A stretch of DNA of 64,000 nt from a virus. Position numbers and translations under genes: made by a program. Every line of letters starts with the position of its first letter. Within the stretch, counting starts at the first letter, position 1. Positions 18,088 to 29,100 of this stretch are shown here, piece after piece. The stretch spans positions 96,001 through 160,000 of the IMG/VR virus record IMGVR_UViG_3300047560_001714. One strand, written 5' to 3'. The notes under the pieces are model-generated. The model did not search any database. It was not told the DNA's origin and was given only the letters and a program-made list of their open reading frames with translations.

Positions 18088-19315
18088 AATATGCCCAATA
18101 CCTTGGGTTCACTTAAATATTGATCCAAACGGGGATGTATATCCTTGTTGTCTAATGTCACATACTGGATACATCGTTGGGAATGTACATTCCCAACCAA
18201 TTTCACAAATATGGAACAGCGATGGTATGAAAACATTGCGAAAACAATTCATGAATGGTGAGGAACCTAGTGTTTGTTCTACCTGTTTTGATAGAGAACG
18301 GGTTACTGGTGTAAGTAATAGGATACATAGACTTAGAAATTTTCAAAACACCATTGATAATGTTTCATCTACCACACTCCCAGATGGTACCTGCACTGAA
18401 ATGCAACTAAAATATTGGGATTTTCGTTTTAGTAATTTGTGTAATTTTAAATGTCGAAGTTGCGGTCCGAAATACAGTTCATCATGGATACCAGATGCGG
18501 TAAAACTTGGAAGATCAACCTCTGATTCAAAAGTTACACAAGTATCCTCGATTTATGATATTAATACATATGAATTTCTTGAATCCCAAATTGAATACGT
18601 TGAGAGAATCTATTTTGCGGGTGGCGAACCCCTACTAATGGCTGAACATTGGCAAATTCTAAAATTATTGTTTAAACGTAAGAAATTCGATGTTGAAATA
18701 ATGTATAATACAAATTGTTCGACTCTTACCTTCGGTGGTGAACACGCAATAGATTATTGGAAACATTGGCAGTTCAAAAAATTAGATATTTCCGCTAGTA
18801 TTGACGAAATCGGTGTTCGGGCAGAGTTAATTCGGTCGGGAACTAATTGGAAAAAAGTTGAAGCTAATTTAATAACCATTACTAAACATGAAAATATCAT
18901 TATTCGCCCGAGTATAACAGTTGGTGCGTGGAATGTATTCCGATTACCAGAAATACTAACTCATTTGGTTGATATCGGAGTCATTAAACATTACGAAAAC
19001 CTAGCAAAGTATACTAATTTTCACTTAAACTTACTACAATATCCATCCCACTATCATGTAAGTATTCTTCCAAATGAATACAAAGATGAAATTATTATTA
19101 AACTAACCAATTTCATATCAGAGTTTAATAGTATGTATGAAACAGAAATCGACAGTATGTTTTTACAGATTTTTCATGAATTATCAAAACCATTTGATGA
19201 GACTGCGGCAAAATCTTTCATCAAATTATCAACGACACTTGATAACGTAAGAAATGAAAATATATTTACTATTATACCGGAATTAAATGTCATAAAGGAA
19301 TATATTGACAACTAA
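18077..19315 (+). CDS. N-terminal Twitch-domain radical SAM protein 6
   Basis: CPIPW...PCC...CSTC; CNFKCRSC; FAGGEP. Confidence 0.92.
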   Translation: MTSKICPIPWVHLNIDPNGDVYPCCLMSHTGYIVGNVHSQPISQIWNSDGMKTLRKQFMNGEEPSVCSTCFDRERVTGVSNRIHRLRNFQNTIDNVSSTTLPDGTCTEMQLKYWDFRFSNLCNFKCRSCGPKYSSSWIPDAVKLGRSTSDSKVTQVSSIYDINTYEFLESQIEYVERIYFAGGEPLLMAEHWQILKLLFKRKKFDVEIMYNTNCSTLTFGGEHAIDYWKHWQFKKLDISASIDEIGVRAELIRSGTNWKKVEANLITITKHENIIIRPSITVGAWNVFRLPEILTHLVDIGVIKHYENLAKYTNFHLNLLQYPSHYHVSILPNEYKDEIIIKLTNFISEFNSMYETEIDSMFLQIFHELSKPFDETAAKSFIKLSTTLDNVRNENIFTIIPELNVIKEYIDN

Positions 19316-19333
19316 TATAACGAATGGTATACT
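19305..19333 (+). promoter_or_regulatory. sigma70-type promoter
   Basis: TTGACA-17 bp-TATACT with extended TG. Confidence 0.8.
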
Positions 19334-19361
19334 ATATATAATAACTTAAATTGGAAATTGT

Positions 19362-20573
19362 ATGGCCAAAATTAAAAAACAAACTATATCGTTAGCTAAA
19401 AAACCAAAAAAATCAAAAATCACATCGGTTACAATTAGAGAAAATAGAGGTAAAGATTTTAGTCCAGTATGGACGGACGTTGACTCAATGACTGCACCGG
19501 AATATTTACTGCATTTTCAAACATCAATGCAATATTACAATATTCAATTCAATAGTAAAGATCTAAAACCCGCTGTACTTAAATGGATGGAACTTAATGC
19601 ATATGAACCTAAACTAATCCAAGAATTTAAGAAAACCAAAGATTGGCGATGTGGAACAACTATGGGTGCATTGGCGAGTTGTCTTTTAAGAGGTATGCCT
19701 GAGAAACGGGATGATTTTAACAAAGGCAGATGTGCAAAAGAATGGTTAAATAACGCAATTTATTCTGTAATTGAAGATAGTAAAGATGACATCGATGAGG
19801 ATGATGGTGAAAAGCCCGTAACTAAACAACAACCATCTATTCAAGAACGTGTAAAAGACGCAACCATCAGAATGGCGGAAGGGATTGAAGAAATAATTGA
19901 TAATTGGATCAATAATCCAGATAGTATAGATTTAAAACAGATAAAAATACTGAATATACTTAAAAGCAATGATGCTAAACCAGCCCACGCCAGAATTATC
20001 AAAGATTTCTATTCATCTGGGCTAAAAGAAATAACGGAATTACTAACAGAACCAGATGAACAGTTAAAAGAAGCATATCAACATAGAACAAAGAAGCAAT
20101 TAAACACATTATTATCATTATATAAAGAAATAGATGCTGCGTGTACTATGTTAATGGAAGAAGCCAAGCTTACCCGCGCCCCACGTGCAAAAAAAGCTGT
20201 TTCAAAGGACAAGATAGTCGAAAAATTAAAGTATTTGAAGACTTATGAACCCTTAAAATTAGTATCAATCAATCCAACCGATATTATTAATAGTAAAGAA
20301 CTATGGATTTTTAATACTAAGACTAGAAAACTAGGCAAATATGTGGCGGATGAATTAACTGGGCCGCTCACCATCAAAGGTACCACAATAATTGGCTACG
20401 ATGAACATAAAAGTATTCAAAAAACTATTAGAAAACCTGCTGAAAAACTATCTGAGTTTAAGACCGCCGGAAAAATTGCACTGAGAAAGTTTTTGGACGA
20501 TATAAATGCGACAGATACCAAGTTAAACGGTCGTATAAATGAAGAAATTATCTTGTTAAAAACCGCATCTTAG
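19362..20573 (+). CDS. basic hypothetical protein
   Basis: 403-aa ORF with its own promoter; no motif recognised. Confidence 0.75.
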   Translation: MAKIKKQTISLAKKPKKSKITSVTIRENRGKDFSPVWTDVDSMTAPEYLLHFQTSMQYYNIQFNSKDLKPAVLKWMELNAYEPKLIQEFKKTKDWRCGTTMGALASCLLRGMPEKRDDFNKGRCAKEWLNNAIYSVIEDSKDDIDEDDGEKPVTKQQPSIQERVKDATIRMAEGIEEIIDNWINNPDSIDLKQIKILNILKSNDAKPAHARIIKDFYSSGLKEITELLTEPDEQLKEAYQHRTKKQLNTLLSLYKEIDAACTMLMEEAKLTRAPRAKKAVSKDKIVEKLKYLKTYEPLKLVSINPTDIINSKELWIFNTKTRKLGKYVADELTGPLTIKGTTIIGYDEHKSIQKTIRKPAEKLSEFKTAGKIALRKFLDDINATDTKLNGRINEEIILLKTAS

Positions 20574-20634
20574 AATGTCGTATAAAGAGTTATGATAATA
20601 ACGCATAAATACAAGAAATGCGAGATAAAATAAC

Positions 20635-22104
20635 ATGACTCAAATACTTAATATCAAAGATGACAAGGTAATCGTCGAAAAACTAGTTGTATCTAGCCTA
20701 GAAGGTCCGATTGTATTACCAGATCAGTTACAAATCGGTGGATCTATATCATTAGGTGGTAACTTAACTGTTGCTAATACGATCACGGCCGATACAATAC
20801 AAGTAAAAAACTTAATTACAGATAATGGCCCAATTTATGACATTGGAAATTGGGCCACTAATACCGAATCTGAGCTTAATGGCAAAGGATTCTCATGGGC
20901 ATATGGCGATGGCTGTACACAATTGATGTATCGTTCAGGGAATACCTTATGGACCAACGCAAACCTAGATATTAGTCCAGAATCCTCGTATAATATAGAT
21001 GGTACACCTATTATTACGCTGAACACACTGGGTTCGACCATAATTAATAGTAATTTACGCAAGGTTGGACCTTTAAATTCGTTAAATGTCATCGGTGATA
21101 CCTCAATTGGTGAATTTCTATATGTAAATACCACATTTAATCGAGTTGGTATAGGTACGGATGAACCCTCCGCATCTATTACCATTATAGACAACGATGT
21201 TGAAATTGGAATTGGTAGTCACCAATTCGGTTCAGCGTCAATTGGTACATATTCAAATCATAATTTAGAACTTGTCACTGATGGTATACCAAGAATTCAA
21301 ATAGCAAGAAATGGTGACATCCATTTTGGTAATTCGACCACAAATGATAGTGTTGTAAAAATTCATGGCACCTTATATGCCAATAGCATTGTATCAGACG
21401 CCCATTCGATTGAATTTACCGCAACACCATCTAATCCAATCTACGGGAAAGGATTATTATGGATTGGGGATGGTGAAACCAAATATTTGGTACTAGAACC
21501 TGACCCAGTTAGGCTGCATTCATCAATTTCAATCGATTTATCACCAGATCAAGCCTATTATATTAATAACGCCCCTGTTTTAACCTCGGAAGGGCTAGGT
21601 AATGGTATTGTTCATTCTAATTTAGAACAAGTAGGGGTACTACGGTCACTACGTGTCAATGGTGAAGGCAATATTACAACACTTATATCTGAAAATATTG
21701 CCATATGTGGTGAAACCAATGTACTAAACATATCAACGACCGGTATTACCTCGGATGGCGCTATCACAATTCAATCAAACACCAAACCAGTACTATTTGC
21801 AGACGAAACCCAGATTATTTTAGGTGAACTTAGTACAAAATCCAGACCAGTTAAGATATTTGGTCAGTTGTCAGTTGGTGTTAACAACCCGGACCCAAGT
21901 ATTAGTTTATCGGTACAAGGAAACATAAGCTTCGCTAATAAAAAATTCATTACCGGCACTGAACCGCCCATTTCTGGGATATATTACAAAGGTGACATTT
22001 GCTGGCACTCTAATCCATCAGAGGAAGGGAACGTCGGCTGGATTTGTATTCTTGATGGTACCCCTGGGGAATGGAGAATGTTTGGCACCATCGGGACACA
22101 ATGA
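20635..22104 (+). CDS. virion structural protein (beta-rich, tail-associated)
   Basis: RVGIGTDEP/LSVGVNNP beta motifs, GDICW...GWIC...W C-terminus, upstream ATAAATAC. Confidence 0.6.
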   Translation: MTQILNIKDDKVIVEKLVVSSLEGPIVLPDQLQIGGSISLGGNLTVANTITADTIQVKNLITDNGPIYDIGNWATNTESELNGKGFSWAYGDGCTQLMYRSGNTLWTNANLDISPESSYNIDGTPIITLNTLGSTIINSNLRKVGPLNSLNVIGDTSIGEFLYVNTTFNRVGIGTDEPSASITIIDNDVEIGIGSHQFGSASIGTYSNHNLELVTDGIPRIQIARNGDIHFGNSTTNDSVVKIHGTLYANSIVSDAHSIEFTATPSNPIYGKGLLWIGDGETKYLVLEPDPVRLHSSISIDLSPDQAYYINNAPVLTSEGLGNGIVHSNLEQVGVLRSLRVNGEGNITTLISENIAICGETNVLNISTTGITSDGAITIQSNTKPVLFADETQIILGELSTKSRPVKIFGQLSVGVNNPDPSISLSVQGNISFANKKFITGTEPPISGIYYKGDICWHSNPSEEGNVGWICILDGTPGEWRMFGTIGTQ

Positions 22105-22442
22105 AAGAAATAGAAAATATAATTTTAAAACGAGAACTATCTATTAATGAAATTAATGATAGAAGACGTCGATGGCTATATGCTAGTTCGTTAGTATTCT
22201 TTACATTAGTTGTAACCATATTTAAATGGCCAAGTATTTCCGACATACATGAACCATCAATATGGTGGGTTGTTGTTGCAGTTCTCTTAGTGGTTAGTGT
22301 TAATTGGTGGTATTGGACATTACATGTTATTAACACATTACTAGAAAATCAACGATCCCAAATTGAGGTATTAAAAGTAATAATAGATAATTTACATGAA
22401 ATAGAGCACGATATTAACGATGATAATAAAAAAGGGGCATAA
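22101..22442 (+). CDS. two-TM hypothetical protein
   Basis: ATGA-coupled; two hydrophobic helices. Confidence 0.65.
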   Translation: MKEIENIILKRELSINEINDRRRRWLYASSLVFFTLVVTIFKWPSISDIHEPSIWWVVVAVLLVVSVNWWYWTLHVINTLLENQRSQIEVLKVIIDNLHEIEHDINDDNKKGA

Positions 22443-22454
22443 CGCCCCTTTTTT
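22428..22454. terminator. bidirectional terminator between convergent genes
   Basis: aaaaaaggggc-ataac-gcccctttttt. Confidence 0.88.
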
Positions 22455-22788
22455 ATTTTTTCGCTTTAGTACGAGGTTTTTTTACAGGTGGTTCATTAAC
22501 AATACTAACCACCTCGGCTGATACTGTCTCCACTTTTTTTCGTGTTTTACGAGTTTTAGGGGCAGTCTCGGTAATTGGTTCCACCGTTTCTTTTGGTTTA
22601 GGTGTACGCGGCTTGCTTACCGCTTTGACTGGTTTCTCGACTGCAGCAACCGTTGGTTTAGCTGCTTTCGGGCTTGATACGCCTGGTTTTTTAGTAACAG
22701 CCACTTTTTTTACTTTCTTTGGTGGTACTGGGGCAGGCGTTGGTGCAGGTAGCAACTTACCAAACAATCTTTTTATAAAATTAAACAT
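22453..22788 (-). CDS. Lys/Pro/Ala-rich basic low-complexity protein
   Basis: SD AGGAG and ATAAATAC motif upstream on the minus strand. Confidence 0.7.
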   Translation of the reverse strand: MFNFIKRLFGKLLPAPTPAPVPPKKVKKVAVTKKPGVSSPKAAKPTVAAVEKPVKAVSKPRTPKPKETVEPITETAPKTRKTRKKVETVSAEVVSIVNEPPVKKPRTKAKK

Positions 22789-22817
22789 ATTATTCTCCTT
22801 TTCGTATTTATTAAATA

Positions 22818-23108
22818 CTAATTTAACTTATCTATCGTTTTGAGAGAACTAACCGGTAAATCCCAAATATTTTTATTCTCAACCCCTTTTTGTTGAGCAA
22901 ATCTTTTGGAATCACAACTATGACATACGTGATAAACATTATTGTTTAAGCGTTTTGGATCCATTTTTCCGCGTTCACGATTAAACGTGCAACCACAACT
23001 GTCACATCTAAAAGTAATAATCCTCTTTTGACGAGTATATGTGTGTTCCTTTCCTAATTTACTTTTTCTAACATAATTAGAAACAATATATTCGGTTTTA
23101 ATAATCAT
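22818..23108 (-). CDS. small zinc-binding protein
   Basis: CDSC...CHSC. Confidence 0.7.
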   Translation of the reverse strand: MIIKTEYIVSNYVRKSKLGKEHTYTRQKRIITFRCDSCGCTFNRERGKMDPKRLNNNVYHVCHSCDSKRFAQQKGVENKNIWDLPVSSLKTIDKLN

Positions 23109-23183
23109 ACCTTTATTTATTTACATTAAGATTATAAAAAATTGTTGCTAAATACCTAATAATAATACCACGAGGTGTAACAA

Positions 23184-26100
23184 ATGACAAAACAGGTAAT
23201 TGATATTGGTGTACAGGGGAATGATGGAACTGGTGACAGTATTCGTGAATCATTCAGAAAAGTAAACGAAAATTTTGATGAAATATATGCTATATTTGGG
23301 GCAAGTGGCACGATTTCATTCTCTAGTTTACAAGATGGCGTTGCATATGATGCAAATCAACTCATTATGGGGGACTCAACTGGGGGGACTTTATCCGCGA
23401 GAGATTTAATTGCGGGGGTTGGTATAGAAATTGAACAAAGTGATACCGATTTAACTATTTCTGCAGCTGCAGCAAATTTACAATCAGACCATACCCCATC
23501 ATTATCAGGACCATTAAATGCTTCTGGGGTAACCATCGGCAACCTTAGATATCCATCCGTTGAAGCAGTCAATGATTATAACGCAGTATGGGCACCTAAC
23601 ACAACCACAATTGAACAACTACCAGCAACTGTTGGATATACAAATAACACGTTTGTTGCTAAAACAACAGATGGAATCGTTGGTACTATAACAACTGATG
23701 GAATCATCGAGGCACCATTACGTGTTAGAGATGAACCAATCTTAGCGGATACAACTGATCCCACCTACGATGATACCTTACTTGGAAACTATCTATCAAA
23801 TGAAGTAATGCCTAGAAAAGACACCGTTCGTCGTTCTGGCGACACCATGACTGGTGTTTTGACATTGAGTGATCATCCTGCACCACTTAGTGGGTACGGT
23901 ACGCCATTAAATGCGGACGATCTTCAAGCTGCAACCAAGTTTTATGTTAATAATAGCACGTTTTCTAGTAATATTAACTTATATGTTTCTGCATCAACTG
24001 GTGATGATCTACAAACGAATACACCTCCTGGTAAAGAAGGTAGATTTTGGAACTATGCTTATAAATCATTAGGTGCCGCCGCATTACAAGCTGATAACTT
24101 AATGGAACTTGCTAGTCAAGAACCTGGCCCATATCGCCAACGACTATCATATACAATTGGTGCCGATCAATCTTTTTCAACTGTACAATCAGCTACGTTA
24201 TCTGGTGGGAATGTTGCATTATCTGGATATACGGATGCATATGATCTATTACTAGCAAATAAGTCATTTATCCAATCTGAAGTTATTGCATATATTAACA
24301 AAAAATATGTAAATGATTTCAAATATGATAAAGTTAAATGTCAACGTGACGTTCAGTTAATTTTAAGTGCAATTGGGGACGACTTACTATTTGGAACGAC
24401 CTTCAATTCAACCCGTGCTGCAAACGAGTATTTTAATGCAACATCCGCAAAAGTCATAACAAATCAACTTGCACAAACTATAGATGCCATAAATTTTGTA
24501 AAAAATCAAGTGTTAGGGTTTTCTTACAACAATACTAACGTAATAACCTATGTTACTAATGTAATGACTGCATTAAAATACGATGTTGTATTTTTAGGAA
24601 ACTATCAAAGTATTCAAGTTGCTAGACAATTTGCATCGGCCGGAACTAACCTTGGTGTAACAGAAATTACTGGTATCTTAAATGATATTTCTGATAAATT
24701 AGAAGTTTTGCCAACTATAGCTGCATCGGCACAAATTGTTGGGAACGTAAAATCAAATATTCAAAGCATAATTGATATAATAACCGATGGATTTTACCCA
24801 ACTTTCTTATTCCCAGAAAAACCAAATACCACAATTGGCCAACTAAGTTCACGCGACTTAATTATTAATAATATTGAATTTATCCAAGCTGAATTAATCG
24901 GATATTTCAACGCGGAATATCCAACCTTGTTTATATCCCGTGAAACCATATCTTTAGAAATAGAAAAATTAGTATATGATATTGTTTATGATGTTTTATA
25001 TGGTGGAAACACCCAATCCCTAAACTGGGCAACATACCAAGGGTTATCAGCCAATACCGCAGCAGTGGCCGGGGCGTTGACATACGTTAACACATTAATG
25101 CAAGGTATTATTAATTCAACCACCCTTGTTGTATACCAACAAGGTGTAAAACAGTACCGTAATGAAACTTATGTCGGGGCAGAAACAACGTCGTCCGCTA
25201 TTTCAACTAGTATTACGTTAATTAAAAACAAGATTGTAAACAATACGTCCCCAACTATAGTTTATCCTATATATACAGACGTTGGCGATATATTAACTAA
25301 TGCATTCAATTCTATTACCACTAATACTAGCATATATGCACAAGCTGCAGGTGTTTATATTAATACCCATTATCCATCTGTAAATGATCCAGTAGTATTG
25401 ACAACAATAACAAATCTATTTGATATAATGATCGATGGGTTAACACTTGGTACCACATCGGTGCCAACTTATACTAGCCCAGCTGGAACTATGCCTGGCG
25501 TTACCCATGCTAGAGACGCATTATTGGCAAATCTATCATTTATCTCGGATGAGGTATCAGGATGGATTGCAACAACATACCCAACTTTTACTTATAACGG
25601 AAACCCAGTCACCGGATTGGCTAAATCTAAGCGTGATATTGCTTATATAATCGAAGCTATTTGTTATGATATTACATATGGTGGGACCACTGGAAACTCA
25701 GCAACTGTACACGCAAGTAATCAATATTGGACTGAGAATCCAACCAATGTATTCACATTAAATCTGATATCACCAGCTATATGCAGTGCAGCTCTTACAT
25801 ATATGCAAGGAATAGTTAAGTCCGTTGCAAAAAATGAAACAGTTACAACAACACACACCGCAACCCCTCAAGTACGCAATAGTGTTTGGGCGGATGGTAT
25901 CGCAGTGGCCTCACATACAGATACCTTGATCCAAATAATTGTAAATAGTATCGGTGGAACTCGTACCACAACCGCAATCGAACCAGTTACAACCGGATAC
26001 GATGATAACAACCTTGCGGTTCGTGCATTAATCAATACCAATGCAGCTACTATTGCGCAAAATACCACCAATTACTTGGATGATACTTATAAAGGTGGGT

Positions 26101-29100
26101 TTAATTACAACGAAGCCATTTGTAAACGTGATGTCGGATATCTTATTGATGGTATGGCGATTGATTTGGTAACTGGTGGAACATGGCAATCTGTCTATGC
26201 TGGTAAAAGTTATTATAAGAACTCATCAGCAAAAGCTATCGCAATTGGGGTTCAGTTAACCGAAACGTTAGATGCAATCAACTATGCTAAAACGGTTGGT
26301 TTGCAGGTTTTAAATCAAACAACCGCCACTAGATACCAATCAATAGTTCCACAAGTATTCAACAACGCAAAAGCACCCTCATCTGATGCAAAAACCACGT
26401 TTAATACGAATATGTCAACTGTTATTAGCATTATTCAAAACGGAATTAGTGCTGCGCCTAGTCCATCGTTCGGAACAGGTATATGGAGTGTTGTATTTAC
26501 AAATGGTGGTAAAGGTTATGTTGATCAAGGTTCGCCTAGTAATAATGATATTATCCCTGCAAAGGTATTGATCGGTTTAACATCAAGCGCGTATGGTAGT
26601 ATTGTAAAATATCTTCGCAGTACTGGTGGTAATGGAATGGATACCATTCAATTACGCCTAACCAAACCTGGGTTCTTTACTCCTGGTGAACAACTAGAGT
26701 TTGGTGAAACCGTTCGTGATTTAAACATAACAATAATGCTTGAATCTGGTATCTATTATGAAGACTATCCTATCAAATTACCAGAAAATTGTTCTATTAA
26801 AGGTGATGATTTCCGTAGAACAATAATTAGACCACTTGACAGAATTAGTCAATCTCCTTGGCGGAAAGTATTCTTCTATCGTGATGCTGTTATCGACGGT
26901 CTTGAAATCGGTGTTGTTAATTACACTGGTACTAATTATGCCCCTAGTACATCTATTACAATCAGTGATAATGGTGATACCCCTAGTATAACATTAGGAA
27001 GTGGCCAAGTTCCATCGAGTTGGATTGGTAGAGTACTTGCAGATAATAATATATCTAATGGTAATGCTAAACGCGGTAAAGCTGTTATCAATTCCGTTAG
27101 TGGTAATGTTATGACTTGTTCGATAATATATCCATTTAGTTCGTTAGCTATTGCAGCTGGAAACTGGTCATTATTTGATAGTCTTAACTACGGTCGTCAT
27201 TATTTAAGTGACCCATCTGATGTAAACAGTACTGCATTAAATAACAAAGAAATAGACGTACTGTTATGTAACAACTCCACTAGAGTATGCGATATTACAT
27301 TCCAAGGACACGGTGGGTTTGCGATGGTACTTGATCCAAATGGCCAAGTAAAAACAAAATCACCATATGGTCAAGTTTGTTCTAGTTTTTCGCAAAGTAA
27401 TAATAGACATCGTTTCGCTGGTGGCCAATTGGTTGACGGGTTTACCGGTCGTCTTATTGGTAATATCGTTGATATCGCGGATAGTGGTATCACTGTTACT
27501 ATTCAAGGAACCACTCGCGCCACTGCGACGTATAGTTCTGGTGGGGTTGCATCTACGACTATGCAACTTACAAACGTATACAACACCATATTGGTTGGCG
27601 CAGTTGTATCTGGGTCTGGGTTTATATCAAACCAAACCGTTCTATCTGTAACACAAACTGGTACCACTGCGACTGTTGTATTGAGTGCTGTCGCAGACAG
27701 TACACCTAGTGGTACTTTAGTACTAGGCAAAGAGTCAGGTTTAGATATTAGACCGCCGCAACCACCTTGTGCATTTTATTTACACGGAAACAGATATCAA
27801 ATTAATGATGTTGTTAGTTTTGATGCATCAACCGCAACAGTTGTATTAACATTGGATACTGCCACACCATACAATGCGGCAGCTGCCTATAATAATACTA
27901 AGTGTTCTCGTGACGTTGGTTTAATATTAGACGCAATCACTTACGATCTTGTTCTTGGTTCAAACTTTAGAACCGTTAGAGCTGCAACATCATATTTGCG
28001 TTCATATTCAAGTGTTGTACCAAGTTCGCAAAAAATACAAACAATCGCCGGGGTTAATAAAACTAGAGATTTAGCAAATGCGTTAATAACCAGCAATACT
28101 TCTGCACAAGCGACTATTAAAGCATTGTCAGCAATCGTAACAGGGGTAATATTTGATGGTATTACTTATGCACCATCTTTAGTATATGCAAATCCAGTAG
28201 GTATTTCTGATACATCAAATATCGCAAAAGCAAAAAATATTTTAATTGCAAATAGAGCATTTATACAAAATGAAATTACCGCGTACATCTCGGCCACCTA
28301 TTCAATCAAATTAATCAATAGATATAACGTATTGACATGTCAACGTGACGTTGGCTTGGTCGTTGATGCTATGGTTTATGATTTATTTTATGGTGGAAAT
28401 AGTCAAACCAGAGATGCTGGTGAAGCATATTATGCTTCTGGTGTTAGTAGTATTTTTGGTGAAGAAACGTACACTGTTGCTGCATATGGGCGATTAAAAA
28501 CCGTTATACAACAAATTGTTGCTGGTACCACCGTAACAAAAACATATGGAAATACCGAAACACAAGTTACAACAAACGCACCGTCTAGTATTACATATAC
28601 AGCAACAGCGACAACTAGTGCAATTACCGCAATTGGTACTAAAATCATTACATGTACTAGTGTACCATCTAATATTGGGATAGGTTCACCGATTAGTGGT
28701 ACAAATATACCATCTAATAGCTATGTAATTGGTTTTACCGATACGACTATAACCATTTCTAATAATGTTACGACAGCGGTTGCATCAGGTGTAACATTAA
28801 CGATCAATGGGTCTTTTGCAACGACATTGGCGTCATTGAGTGATATATTAATCGATTATGTGGCAAATGGTGCATATGATACGACCAGTTATATACTATC
28901 ACAACCAATTGTTACCGGTCAAAGCAGTGGTTTAATAACCGCACAATCAACTATCCTTGCAGGCAAAGCTGGTATTCAAACAAGTGTAATTGATTTCTTA
29001 AATAAAGGCGGTGGTGTATCGATTAACATAGAAATGGGTGGTAATAAATCTATGTTAGCTAACGATTTTGCTATGGTCAATGACTTAGGCTATGCAATTT

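Noticed and set aside
9073-19315. Assigning the radical SAM genes to PqqE, NirJ, MoaA or RiPP maturases
   Set aside because: The auxiliary cluster is N-terminal, no PqqD/RRE partner or precursor peptide is evident, and the MoaA C-terminal motif is absent
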